Shown piece after piece: positions 1-12,237 of a DNA stretch of 64,000 nt. The DNA comes from Lytechinus pictus. Its lineage: Eukaryota. The DNA is taken from positions 18,476,001 to 18,540,000 of the forward strand of contig NC_087257.1 in the NCBI RefSeq assembly GCF_037042905.1, given 5' to 3'. The first letter of the stretch is position 1. Each line of letters opens with the position of its first letter. The position numbers and the translations under genes are program-made. Under the pieces are notes generated by a model. The model worked only from the letters and a program-made list of their open reading frames with translations. It searched no databases and was not told the origin of the DNA.

Positions 1-575
1 TAGGAAAATAAGCTGTTGAAAGCAGAGCAATGGGTACAAATTTCGTTTTGCTTGTCAGTGTCGGAACTCCTCTGCCTCAGCGGGAGGGTGCACGTGCACC
101 CAAGGTACACCCCTAGCATACGCCCTTGTATGTACTTTCGTATGTATTGAAGTTTTCCCTATACATCTTTAAGTATTGTTCACTGAGCTAACGCTGTATT
201 TTCTTGAATAAGACTCAGAGTACGGTAGCGTTGTTTGGCATATGCAAAATAGTGTTCGATTGGAAATGCATAATTTTATACATTTTTTCCATCATATTTG
301 GTGCATGACATGCTAGGAACGTCCGGGAGGAAAGTCCCTGTCCTGATTCGTCGGTCTTTCACGTCAAGACTGCTTTAGTTTGTACTCCTGATACTGATCT
401 ATCTGTCTATACTGACTGCGATACCATCGAGCTCTATATAGCTTGCTGTTTGTCTTGCGGTGGTGATGACTTTTATATAAGGGTGTGAGAATGATGGGGG
501 GCCAGAAGATGGTTAACGCGTTTTTTTAATGAATTGTGACATTTATAGAATGTCACATTTGAGGGTTTAAAGTAC

Positions 576-3500
576 CTTTCTCGCTGCAGCTATGTCCGGA
601 CTTCCGTCCATCCCAACAGAGAATGTTTGTAGCGGGTACCCCCTTGGATGTTCACCTAGAATCTTAGAGACCGAGGCTGCGAGAAGACTGGAATCAAGAC
701 CACCTTTAAGATGATTTATGCATGGAAGATAATTCTTTACTTTTGAAATCGGAACATGTAAAATCACGGTATATAGGAATACGAAAATCCTTGAATAAAG
801 AAACGTACAAAACACCAACAAAGCGAGGGTCAAGTTAAATTCTCTTCCGGCTTTTATGGTAAAATCCTTCAAACAATATCACATCGATATCACACCGTCT
901 TTTTTGTTACGATAAATATGCCCACCCTCCCTGAATTACGAGAGATATTAGGACATTTTCGGAGTTAAAACCTTTAACTCCTATTTTGATTGACAAATCC
1001 ACACCCAAAATCAATCCACATAATTTTTGTACCAGCCTTATTATAAATCAAGTTACCTGATAATAAACATCCAATGCGTCGAGTACTCATCAACCGTTTT
1101 CTAACAGCGTCCTCAAAAAGACGACGGACGTTTGATAGGACGTCATCAGATAGACCGACTGTAAACCATGGAAGCAAAAAGGTTGTTGAATATAAACATG
1201 TACATGTATTTTGTAAAGATATGAAAATGTATACATAAGAGAGACATGAAACAGAAAGTGAAAATGCCACTAAAAAGATAGGAATCATTTTTTTTAATCA
1301 AAAATTGGAAAGCTTCGCAACCAATCTTTAAAACTTTGGGAGAAAAAAAAAGAGGAGAAAACACGGTTCCTTGGGTAAGGTACTGTCCTCACATTGATTG
1401 AAAACCAACCAACTTTTATGTAATTTCAACCCAATGCTAGATCATTTTAAGATTACAATATAATAAAATGTGTCTGTTTTTCTCATCAAAATCATCTTGC
1501 CTTTCTCAATATCATTCTATTTAAACCGAATTATGCACCCTCACTGGAATGGGGTTTTATCACACGGAGGTAAAACTGTTGCCGCTGTAAATTATGTTAA
1601 GTGGTACATTAGGTAAGTGAATTTTCTGACAATTATAAAAAAAAATAAAGTGGTGGAAAAAACAATTATTAAAGAAATATCTAGCCAGCAATTATGTTTT
1701 GACTTTTTTCCAATCCTCCTCATTTGTTACATTTGTTTATTTTTACACTCCAAATATTTGCAATGTATGCAACTGAGTAGTAAAGATTCTCTCAAGAATG
1801 ATATTCGTTTTGTTACTAAGAAGTTGAAACTCTTGATCATTTATTTGAAAAAATATTGGACATAAATTAAGGTTAAAAGAATTGGAGAATCTCTCAATGG
1901 AAGACACTTTGTTAGGATTGATGGAAGTTCAAATAGGATAAAATGTTTTAAAAAAGTAATTTTAATAGTTAAAAAAGAGATTTATTCTGCAAGGCAGGAA
2001 GCTGTTTTGCCACCTGTTGGAATCATAAGAAAACATTGCAGAAAATATAGGGAAGAGGAACATAAGATTGCACAAGAAAGAAATACCTTGGCAATACATC
2101 TCCAGAAATGGGAACAGGTTGATTTAGAGTAACGAATGGATGCGTATATTTCATTTTTATTATTACTTTTTTTCCCTTTTCCAATTATATACATGTATTA
2201 AACAATGTTTTGTAATATTAGTCTTATGTTATGTAATTTTCAGTAAGTGTGATCAAGTGTTACCTTTAATAATTATTTTCAATATTTATTTCGTCTTGTA
2301 ATGTTTTGTGATACATGATATATTTGATTATGAATATATTGAAATAAAAAAAATTGTTTCAAAACAAAAAAAGATATTAAAATAACTTACATTCAATGTT
2401 CATGTCAAGATCGATATCATTCGACTTGGGTTTAGAATCGATCGAATGAAATCGGACGGGAGCCGACGCAGCTGAGACTTTTCCATCAGGAAGAATGTTG
2501 AAAGTTTGAACGTGACCCGAAAGGAACCAGTTGATATCACTTCCGTTACAGAGACTAACGAGCCCTAAGTGTTGAGGATGATGACAATGACAATAATAAT
2601 TACTGTTATAAAAAAAATGATTATGGTCTATTCATATTAACTTCCTTGGTTTGAAAATTATGCCTAACTCAAATTTATATATACATTATTGTTTTCAGTA
2701 ATAAATTTCTGACAATTTGCAATACATAGTCAACGGTATATTACTTTATTCATCTAGAAACTATATTGGAGCATAAATACTATCTGCAAAAAATCCGGTG
2801 TTGATTTAACACCAGCCCGGAATCTACATATATATCCACACCAGAGAAGTATTGAAACAACACCAGTTTGGAATCAAACCGATGCTGTTTTATTAATTGG
2901 TGTTGTATAAACACCTTTCTGGTGTTAGACCAAAACGAAACTGGGGTTGTTTAACACTTCTCTGGTGTGGACATATATAGATTCCGTGATGGTGTTAAAT
3001 CAACACCGGAGTTTTTGCAGTGTCGATACGGAAATTAGATTCTCTTACGGTGTACAAGAAGAAATAAGGAGAAGGAGGAGGAGGAGAAGAAGAAGAAGAA
3101 GAAGAAGAAGGAAAAAAGAAGAAAAAGAAGGAGACGAAAAACTTTTTAAAAATACCTTTGGCCTCGGAACAGAGTAAGAGTGAATCACTTGGAGTTGAAG
3201 TAAAGAGTGGTTTGATCCCATATGTGTCGCGGCCAAGATGAACCTAAAGTGAGATCGAGAAACAAAATTGGACTTTAATATGAAAAGCCAAAGTATATTT
3301 TGACAGTACATGTAATATTAAAATATTATCATACTTCACCCATTTCCCTTTCGTTTTCGTTATTTTCCAATTTTTTCTTGATGAAGATTATTTTTCTTTG
3401 CGACAGGGTCAGTGAATCAACCAGGATTTAACAAAAAAAAGACAATTGATATTCTTTGATAGTACATTTAATTCGGGTAGGCCTGTGGTGCTAGCTGTGT

Positions 3501-6500
3501 ATATTATTGTCTGAACAAGGGCTTTATCGATGATTTAATAACCCCTTGGTTGATTAGCTTTGAAGAGATATCGTCTCAAGATAGGTTTATACTTTAATCT
3601 CACACTTGTATTTGTCATAACTGACAAATGAAATCAGTCAATGAATGAATGAATGAATGAATCAATGAATCAATCAATCAATGAATCTGTCAATCAGTCA
3701 ATCAATCAATCTACCAACCAATACATATCAATCAAAAGCTATCAATCAATCGAACGAACGATCGATCAATCAATCAATCAATCAATCATTCAATTAATAT
3801 AGAAGACTTAAGTATGAATCATAACAATAGTATGAAGCACGCATACATGTAATTTTAAGTAAATATTCGAATACAATACACAGATTCATAAAAATGAGAA
3901 AAAATAGTATCATAAATACACAAATGAAGGAACGGAAAATGAGGCCCAAATAAAAAAGGAAAGGAGGGGGGGGGGCAACCAGGATCCCCAAACTGACCAT
4001 TAGCACGAGCCATATCAATCTGAGAAGACCCCATAACCACACACAACTATCCTAAATCTCAGACGGTCTCAACCCTTTATAAATTACTACAATTAAATGA
4101 CCTATAACCATTTATGATACCTACTACAAACGAATGTGCCTTTAAGGAAGAAAAGGGGGACATAAAAGGTAGGAGAGAGGACAGGAAGTGGATGAGAAAA
4201 TGTCAAGCAAGAAATGAGTCAAAAGAAATTGGAAGGTTAGAAGAGAAAAAGAGGCAACCTTCAGAATAAAAAACTCATTATACAATACAAGATTACAAGG
4301 GGGGGGGGGGTGAAAAGAATAAAACAATGTAAGTTCGGACCAATCAATCAATCAATCATTTATCATGATTATGTCATACAAATTGGCCGTTAGACAAAGT
4401 TAAGCGTTTGAAAAAATACTCCCTATCATGCTGTGTAAATTAAGACAAGCTTGAATGAGTGAAGAGGTGGCCAACTTATCTGACCATGGACCTATTTTAT
4501 AATAGGTCCATGATCTGACAAAGCGATGGATAACACGGATAAATGTTTTATTTGTTGACAGTGGTTGGACAAAGTTCTTGTACAATAACCCAGTGCCAGC
4601 TAATCTATAATGTTATGAAATTATCTCAATCCGTTCATATCATACTATCGCGATAACAATATGGGAACGAACTGTATAAATTATTAAAAACTGCAGGGTC
4701 ATTATTTCTGGATTGTCTGCATTTGGACCAGCTCACAGCCCGAGGGGTGAGGGGGGGGGCGGTGAAATCCACCATAGCTTCCAACTCCGAAATTCGTGTC
4801 TTAAATTGTTAAGGGGGATCAAAAGTTCACCTTGAAGAAGATTTTGTTGTATAATTTCCAGTAAAAATAAAGATTAAAAAATACTGGTGAAGGTTTGAGG
4901 AAAATCCCTTTAAAAGAAAGTTAATAAGATTTAATCTCTTTTATTTGTGACGTCATAAACGAGCAGCTGACGTCACAAACTAAAAAAAAATGAAAACTTT
5001 ATTCATCTTTGATGGATTAAAAAAAAATCACCAGTATTTTAAAAAAATGTGTGAAGCACTGATCTGCATGAACTTCATATTCAATTTGATTGCTTACAAT
5101 TGTCATAGTACGTCACTCGTTTTTGATATTTTTAGTTAAAGTCTAGACTGAAGAGCAAGAAAGCAATAATGATGAAATGATTCCGTTAGGATTTTGTACC
5201 TCTTTTTTGCTGGTGTCCAGTATGCAGAAGGCAAACACGCCGTCTAACATGGAAGCAGCGAAATGAACCCCGCCTTTCACATAGAGATGAATGATAGCTT
5301 CTCCGTCCACGTCGGTCTCATAAGGCAGATTATAAACCGATTGGACCTACGGATAGGGCGTAAAATATATGTTATTGAAAATTGCGATCCCAACTGCAAA
5401 CAATAATCCAGGCAGCGGGGCGCCACAACCCACATGGGTGGGACCAGGAAGGTGACGATCTCTCATCTCATTTTCCATGTTGTGAAAAAGTATATATAGG
5501 AAAGATAAAAAAAAGAGAAAAAAAGGAGAAAAGAAAAGATGAGAAAAGAAAGAAAAGAAGGAAGAATGACAGGAAATGAAATTGCGGTCGTGTAATGCCA
5601 TAATATTATAGTGGAACAAATAAATGGCTTTATTAAGTAATTCAATCATTGGGAATTTATAGGCCCTAGTCTTCTCCGAGTACCTATTTCCCTGGGCCAG
5701 CAGTCAAAATACTGGATCCCATTGCATAGAAGTTACCTTACTTTGTCATCCAATGGTAACTACCATGGTAACGACGATCAACAGCCAATCAGAAACAAGG
5801 ATTCCTTGCAAGTTACCATTGGATGGCAAAGTTACCATAATGGTAACTTTTATGCACGGGGGCCTATAGTTTATTATTTAGGTCCTCAAGAAAAACAACA
5901 AATGAAGCAAAACTTGAAGAAAAAAATTATGTCGGCCTATTGGAGTAACTGTAGTCTTTGTTTTACATCACTATTACATCACCAATGCGGCCAAGCTACG
6001 TAGGTAAAGTGATTACCAATTCATAACTTTATTATTGTTCGTCCGATATTGTTCACTTTCATTTATCTCCTTGTCTGATTTTTCTTTTTCCTCTAGAAGC
6101 AACTTTTTATTTGGATTGGATTCCCCTTTAAACTACATGTACCTCTATCATGCGTGATTGGTTCCAATCAGTGAACATTTGTCCTATAAAACCTTTAGAA
6201 AAGGACTGGTCCCACTGGCTGACGGACACAAAACGTACTCATAACGGATACAACAGATAAGCACAATTTTGGGGTGGCTCTGTCCGTTTTCATCCGCTCC
6301 AGACAATGGACAAAATGGGCAAACAATGAAATCACAGTGGACGGATGCTCGATGGATATAGAGCGTAGGAAACACGTGTGCAAAGAGTACACAACGGATA
6401 CATAACGTTTCCAAACGGATGGCAAGATTCTTTTCCGTTTTGCACCCTCTCCGCATCCGTAAGTGCAGTGGGGCCAAGCCTTTACACCCGATAGTACTGT

Positions 6501-7840
6501 TACCCCAAACCGATAGCCCGTGAAAAAGATTTTTTTTTCTTCTAGATGTGAAAGATCAGATCAGACAGAAGCCTAATTTTATGCGAACATGAACAATAGG
6601 CTTAGTGTAAATGCGTGCAGTCTATCTCGACAATGAATATAAAGGGAAATTTGGGTGTGTTAATAGAATTCAGCCCATTCTTATAGTATAGAAGAATCCG
6701 ACTTATGAACAAGTACTTTTGGCGGCCATTACTGAGGTTATCAAAAGACGACGAATCGGCATTTATTAATGTAATATGCAATGAGTCGGTGAACCAGATG
6801 CGTTTCTCAGTCAGTCCATCGATTATATTTTGTCAGGAATAATTGAAAATCACCCCCCAGCTCGAAGAACATGAAGAAAGCCATGCAAACTTACAAAGGC
6901 ATTTAAACCTTAGTCATGTTAGTGGGGCATGTTCCGATAAGTTTAATCGCCAGTGAATCAATATCATGCGCAAGTCTCGCATGCACGCTTTTGATTGGCT
7001 GAAAGTCAAGTTGCAAATGATTTTTAGAGTTGCATTTGATTGCGAATCTTTCTGCAACAGGGCCCTTGGCCACGTCTTACAAAGAGTTACGATAAATTGA
7101 TCTATGGAAAGCCAGCAACGTCAACATCTGAAATACACGTTTGTTCAAAATATTATCTAGATATATGGTGTAGGCCTATATTCATACATTTAATGTTTTC
7201 TTGACAATTCAGTATGCTTTTCTTTGTTTACATTTTGCAAAATTCCTGTAGAGAAAACATCTGACGTTGATGGATTTCCATTGAGGTCGATCGGATTCAT
7301 CGTAACTCTTTGTAAGACGGTGCGATATTCTCATGTGCAAATATCTGCTGGAATTAATTCTAGAACGTGCAAAATTTGAAACTCGATAACCAGAGGAGAG
7401 GGTGTGTCAGATGTTTTATCTGGCAAGGCCTGTTTTATCCTGCAATAATACTAACAGTGCTTCTCAGCCTATCAACAACAAAACAGAAAGCTGTCAGATC
7501 TGACAACTTTTCAGACGACAAAATGTCGCTGGAATGATTCCCTGACCACCGTGAACAAACAAGTTACCTTCTTGTAGTTGTATATCTCGCCATTGTATAT
7601 CATCCATATGTGAGGATATTGCTTCAACCGCATCGGCTGCATCCAGTACGATCCCCCAACGATGTTCAGCCGATGAAATCCAAGAAAACATGGGCAGTTG
7701 GGCACGTCTGGGACGTGTTCGAAACGGAATCCGTCGGGCCCTCGATGGCTCACCTTGGCGGCAGAGGATGTCAGGCGGGCCACGTCCTCGCTGCTTTTTG
7801 GGGACCAAGGGCCTCCAAAGAGCGCCCATATCCCACACAT
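576..7840 (-). CDS. ASNS: Asparagine synthetase (glutamine-hydrolysing), 5' six coding exons; gene continues beyond the left edge
   Basis: Exons in transcription order, all GT-AG and phase-consistent: 7840-7568, 5346-5200, 3243-3156, 2564-2391, 1158-1057, 703-576. Translation has the Ntn-amidotransferase start MCGIWALFG (catalytic Cys2), [58 protein letters not shown] and the synthetase PP-loop LSGGLDSSL. Confidence 0.96.
1740..2372 (+). mobile_element. Degenerate 3' fragment of an L1/Tx1-like LINE in ASNS intron 4
   Basis: Remnant zinc-knuckle context EVETLDHLF (about 1821-1847) and C-terminus [11 protein letters not shown]...[21 protein letters not shown], then an AT-rich UTR, AATAAA and an A-rich tail. 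Confidence 0.6.
2783..3021. mobile_element. MITE with long terminal inverted repeats
   Basis: CTGCAAAAAATCCGGTGTTGATTTAACACCA ... TGGTGTTAAATCAACACCGGAGTTTTTGCAG. Confidence 0.75.
3056..3132 (+). repeat. (GAA/GGA)n microsatellite
   Basis: Direct reading. It explains the spurious poly-Arg and poly-Leu ORFs. Confidence 0.9.
3635..3793 (+). repeat. (TCAA/TGAA)n microsatellite, possibly the tail of an old minus-strand LINE 3' UTR (to about 4040)
   Basis: Direct reading. An adjacent GGGGTCTTC...GGGGATCC segment resembles L2/CR1 3' UTRs (inference). Confidence 0.7.
7067..7320. mobile_element. MITE family C (about 260 bp), copy 1
   Basis: Inverted termini CGTCTTACAAAGAGTTACGAT ... ATCGTAACTCTTTGTAAGACG. 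Other copies at 25875-26130 and 43891-44171; a short derivative at about 28110-28258. Confidence 0.8.
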
Positions 7841-8437
7841 GATCGGAGAGCGGTATTGAATCCCAGGCCTATTGAACCTGCGAGCGAGGTCGGTCGGATG
7901 GTCAAGCAACGGAGGTGAGTGCGGGGTGATAAGAAGCGTTCGTTTCGCAAGACGGATGCCTCGCGGACGATAGACAACCTTTTTTGCGCGGGTAGTAGTA
8001 GAGTGCAATTACAGTGTCTCCGTCTAGCGAATGAATCATTTCAATTTTGAATACAAGTCATGTTCTTGCGCATTTACGAAACTATCATCATAAAAAAAAA
8101 AAAAAAAAAATAAAAATAAAATCCCAGCGACCAAATCTCTGCAGTCATAAACACTGGAGGAAGAACCTACGAAACTTCAGTGTTGACTCATACGCCGATG
8201 GTTTATCCATTAATGTGATCGTCGTAGAAGCATGGATCAGTAAACTATTCCAGTAGGATATTTTCAAAGGGTGTACGTATCTTTAGGCTACATGCACACG
8301 GTGGATGTGAGCAAGGACGTTTTAACAAAGATAAAGAAATGAAAATGAGAAAGGGGAATAATCTTTTATTCTTAATCCAAAATCTGCTCAGTCAAGCGGA
8401 TATCTTTTTTTTAAGTAATAAAGGCCATGCCTTTATC

Positions 8438-8736
8438 CAGGGGCGGGTCCAGGATTTTCCAAGAGGGGAGGGGACACATTTTTCCGAGGAAAATTTTGAC
8501 AAGCAAAAAAAAAAAAAAAAGGTTTTTGATAAAAAATTAAGGATATTTCGTCCCCGGAAAAATTTGACAAGCAAGCAAGCAAACAAAAAGAAAGGTCTTC
8601 ACTTTCAAAGAGGGGGGGGGGGCACTCCTGTTTTAACATCATTTTTACATTGAAGATTTAAATTTTGCTTCTCAAAGGGGAAGGGGGTGGCACGGCTAGC
8701 TGTGCCCCCCCCCCCCCGGATATGGATCCGCCAGTG
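8438..8736. mobile_element. hAT-type non-autonomous element with 8-bp target-site duplication
   Basis: TSD CCTTTATC at 8430-8437 and 8737-8744. Termini CAGGGGCGGGTCCA / TGGATCCGCCAGTG. Internal TTTGACAAGC(A)n is shared with 50067-50542 and about 31702-31777. Confidence 0.8.
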
Positions 8737-9246
8737 CCTTTATCAGATATTGTACACATTTTGTGCGGAGTTTGTGATCGATTCAATAATTCTGTAATCG
8801 GTTCTCTCAAGTTTATTTTTTTAAAGACCTAAGAGGCCTCATCTCAGACCTTTTTCAAAATAAGAAAAAATAACCGCTGAATTTTTTTTTTCTATTTTCG
8901 GATATCATTATATTTCATAGGCATCAGAGTTATGAATAATAATCTAATAAAAAAAATATGAAAATATACATAATTCCGAATCGAACACGTAGAATTTGTT
9001 TTCATCATTGCCATTAGATAAAATTATTTTTTGATTGACTTTGCATTTGGTTTGATTCCTCATGCTAATAAACAAATATTGTAATTTTATTTTTTCTAAT
9101 TACATTATTAAAAGTAAATTTAGTTCACCTGTAAAAAATTCCTTGATTCACGCTTTTCACAAAGTTGAAATCGACCTTGTTGATTTTATAACTATTTTAT
9201 AATCTTTAATTAAGTTTATAATAACCCTACCAACTATTCTGTGTTT

Positions 9247-9294
9247 AGAATCCATACAGGAGAAAAACCTTATAAATGTTTAGTTTTTGCGTAG
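9247..9294 (+). pseudogene. Isolated C2H2 zinc-finger linker remnant
   Basis: AGAATCCATACAGGAGAAAAACCTTATAAATGT = RIHTGEKPYKC, then LVFA* (the second Cys is lost). Preceded by acceptor-like TTCTGTGTTTAG. Confidence 0.55.
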
Positions 9295-9554
9295 CGGGTG
9301 TTGAACTCGTCCGCTTCTGATTTTCATGTTTAAAGGAAGTTGTTAGTAATTGAATCCAATTTAATAGTAATAATTCTTATCATTAACCCTACTCTGTCAC
9401 CCCCTAAACTGAGTCGCACATGAATGCATAAAAAAGATTGAAACGAAGGATATTCAAGAATTACATCCACACCATCATGATTATGACCACTGAAGTTCCA
9501 AATAAATAAATGAAATATCAAAATGATAAAAAAAATCATAATTAATCTATAGGA

Positions 9555-9816
9555 TTTATATAGCGCACGTATCCACCTTCTAAGGTGCTCAAGGCTCTTC
9601 TATATATTACCCCGGCTAACCTAGTCTAATAATTCCGGTGCGCACCGCTTTTTGAGGAATTACTTCCTGCCGGTACCCATATTTTGCCTATGCACCTGGC
9701 TTGAGTGCAGCACAACTGATGGGTAAATTTCTTGCTGGAAGAAAACACGCCATGGTTGGGAATCGAACCTCAAATTGAAAGACGAGAGTCTTTTCCACTA
9801 TAGACCACGACGCCTC
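9555..9816 (-). mobile_element. tRNA-derived SINE, older relative of the 35543 and 50622 copies
   Basis: Minus-strand A box (GTGGTCTATAGTGG) and B box (GGTTCGATTCC), shared core GCACTCAA.CCAGGTG..ATGGGTACCGGCAGGAA, L2-like tail GCGCTATATAAAT. Confidence 0.75.
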
Positions 9817-9861
9817 TATTCAATGTTAAACATGATAAATACCGATAAAAAGGTCAGTATT

Positions 9862-10454
9862 TTAAAGGAGAATGAAAGCATTGAAACCAGCTGAATCCAT
9901 ATCAAAGAGAAAAATCAAAGAAACATATTGTTGAAAGTTTGAGGAAGATTGAATGAATAATAAGAAAGTTATGAGCATTTGAATATTGAGATCACTAATG
10001 CCATGTAGATCCTCCCATTGGCAAAGCGACCAAGATCTGTGATGTCACACACGTACAACTCCCTCATTACTTTAGTACTTATTTCACTTATATTCTCACT
10101 TTTATAGAGTCTATCACAAGGTGAGGTGTTCTCTTTATGAGAGGACAAGTACAGAGGTTTCACAACATTATATCATTGATGAATCGTTTGTCATATGATT
10201 AGAATGAGCAAAAAGAGATGTTTTGGGGTATATTTTCAGTGTCCAAAAGGGGAGAGTTGTTCATCTGTGACATCATAGATCTTGGTCACATTGCCAATAG
10301 GAGGATCTCCATAGCATTAGTGATCTCGACATTCAAATGCTCATAACTCTTCTATTGCTAGTCCTATTTTACTCAAACTTTTGTTGATCTTATTCTTTGA
10401 TTTTTTTTGCTTTCACAAAAGCTAACTTGCTCCAAGAGTTTCATTCTCCTTTAA
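9862..10454. mobile_element. TTAA-flanked MITE (Kolobok/T2-like)
   Basis: TTAAAGGAGAATGAAA ... TTTCATTCTCCTTTAA with long imperfect inverted arms. Confidence 0.8.
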
Positions 10455-10463
10455 TCTTAATTA

Positions 10464-10853
10464 GAGCGAAGATGGCTCAGTCGGTAAAGCGCCTGCCTGT
10501 CGAATCAAAGATCGTGGGTTCGAGTCCACCCCGGGCGGATGACTTAAGCCAGTGCATTGTGTGAAAACGTCTCTCCCATGTTCCATAGATGCATGCTATG
10601 TTACAGTGGAAAACACTCCGTCCCTCGGATAGGACCCGTGTAGAGGAGAGTCACCACCTTTGCACACTAAGAACCCACTGCACTATGCGTATAAGAGTAG
10701 GGGGAAACCCTGGTGTAGCGGTCCACCTGCATTTCCCCAATCAGTAATATCGGGAGGAGTGACCTGGGGGTCACAGTGATTCAGTTCGCTTGTCGCTTCC
10801 CGGGCACAGGTGACCCCAAATAAATAATAATAATGATAATAATAATAATACAA
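10464..10853 (+). mobile_element. Full-length tRNA-derived SINE with Deu/Nin-like central domain and 12-bp TSD
   Basis: A box TGGCTCAGTCGG, B box GGTTCGAGTCC, central TCCCTCGGATAGGAC...TAAGAACCCA...TAAGAGTAGGGG..AACCCTGGTGT, (TAA)n tail. TSD TAATCTTAATTA at 10452-10463 and 10854-10865. Confidence 0.88.
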
Positions 10854-11021
10854 TAATCTTAATTACACCTGCATGAGAGATTAGCAAAACAAAGCAACAT
10901 TTGATTGGTTAATGTACAGTTTATCACGTGATAATATTTTGACCAATTATTTTATTGGCTTCAATACGTTATATATTCCTATCTCTGCGAATAATCTCCA
11001 AGTCATGTAGGTTCGTGCTCT

Positions 11022-11546
11022 NNNNNNNNNNNNNNNNNNNNNNNNNNNNNNNNNNNNNNNNNNNNNNNNNNNNNNNNNNNNNNNNNNNNNNNNNNNNNNN
11101 NNNNNNNNNNNNNNNNNNNNNNNNNNNNNNNNNNNNNNNNNNNNNNNNNNNNNNNNNNNNNNNNNNNNNNNNNNNNNNNNNNNNNNNNNNNNNNNNNNNN
11201 NNNNNNNNNNNNNNNNNNNNNNNNNNNNNNNNNNNNNNNNNNNNNNNNNNNNNNNNNNNNNNNNNNNNNNNNNNNNNNNNNNNNNNNNNNNNNNNNNNNN
11301 NNNNNNNNNNNNNNNNNNNNNNNNNNNNNNNNNNNNNNNNNNNNNNNNNNNNNNNNNNNNNNNNNNNNNNNNNNNNNNNNNNNNNNNNNNNNNNNNNNNN
11401 NNNNNNNNNNNNNNNNNNNNNNNNNNNNNNNNNNNNNNNNNNNNNNNNNNNNNNNNNNNNNNNNNNNNNNNNNNNNNNNNNNNNNNNNNNNNNNNNNNNN
11501 NNNNNNNNNNNNNNNNNNNNNNNNNNNNNNNNNNNNNNNNNNNNNN
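11022..11546. other. Assembly gap (N run)
   Basis: 525 N. Confidence 0.99.
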
Positions 11547-12160
11547 CGAAATCATATTTTGATCTTTATTTAAACTTATCATGCATTTCATAAAGACGTT
11601 AAAGGTTAAAGTACCCATGTAGTTTCGCGCTCAAGGGGTTCTGATTTTTAGATCACTGAGCAATTATCCTTCTGCAGTTTTCAGTGAAGGCCTATATAGT
11701 CCATGCATTAACTGTATAATTTGTACCAGAAAAGTCCGAATATTATCTGTGATAACGATTTTCCTAATTAATGGTCAGTGATATTAACCATGTAGTAAAA
11801 ATATGGAAAAATTAATTAGAAATTACCCCTCCTCCAAAAAAAACATCAACATCAGATTCCCCCGCAGATTCCTCTTCGTTGTACGCACCATCAATCATTG
11901 CGCTATAGTCAGATAGTATATCGTCTAATAATAACTCTCGCCTATCCCCCATACAACTGTCAATTCGCTGTATTGATCATCCCCATTCACTGATCGAATA
12001 CAATAGCGATGGGCTCTTCAATTGGCATTGTGGCCGTGGAAACCCTCGTGATGTCAACAATAAAAGCCCATAGGATACATGGAAAAGCGTATGAAGTGCT
12101 CTCGTGCTGTATATTATAGCACCTGTACAATATATCCCAATATATACTAGTTCGCGCAGG

Positions 12161-12167
12161 TATATAA
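12161..12167 (+). promoter_or_regulatory. Candidate TATA box for the lipoxygenase gene
   Basis: GG-TATATAA-TT about 75 nt upstream of the ATG. The background is AT-rich, so this is only suggestive. Confidence 0.35.
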
Positions 12168-12237
12168 TTAGACTATCAACTGCATAATTGGTGGTATATC
12201 AGACTTATTGACCGGAATAAATAATCATAACTAAAAT

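Noticed and set aside
5972-5981. C/EBP-ATF amino-acid response element (ATTACATCA) in ASNS intron 1
   Set aside because: A single 9-mer in AT-rich DNA is expected by chance; no supporting context.
7841-8008. In-frame open extension upstream of ASNS MCGI (possible targeting peptide)
   Set aside because: It starts at TTG, not ATG, and Ntn amidotransferases need Cys2 at the N-terminus.
10464-10536. tRNA gene
   Set aside because: Head of a TSD-flanked SINE.
10947-11618. Long ORFs spanning N runs (also 33804-34475)
   Set aside because: Artefacts of assembly gaps.
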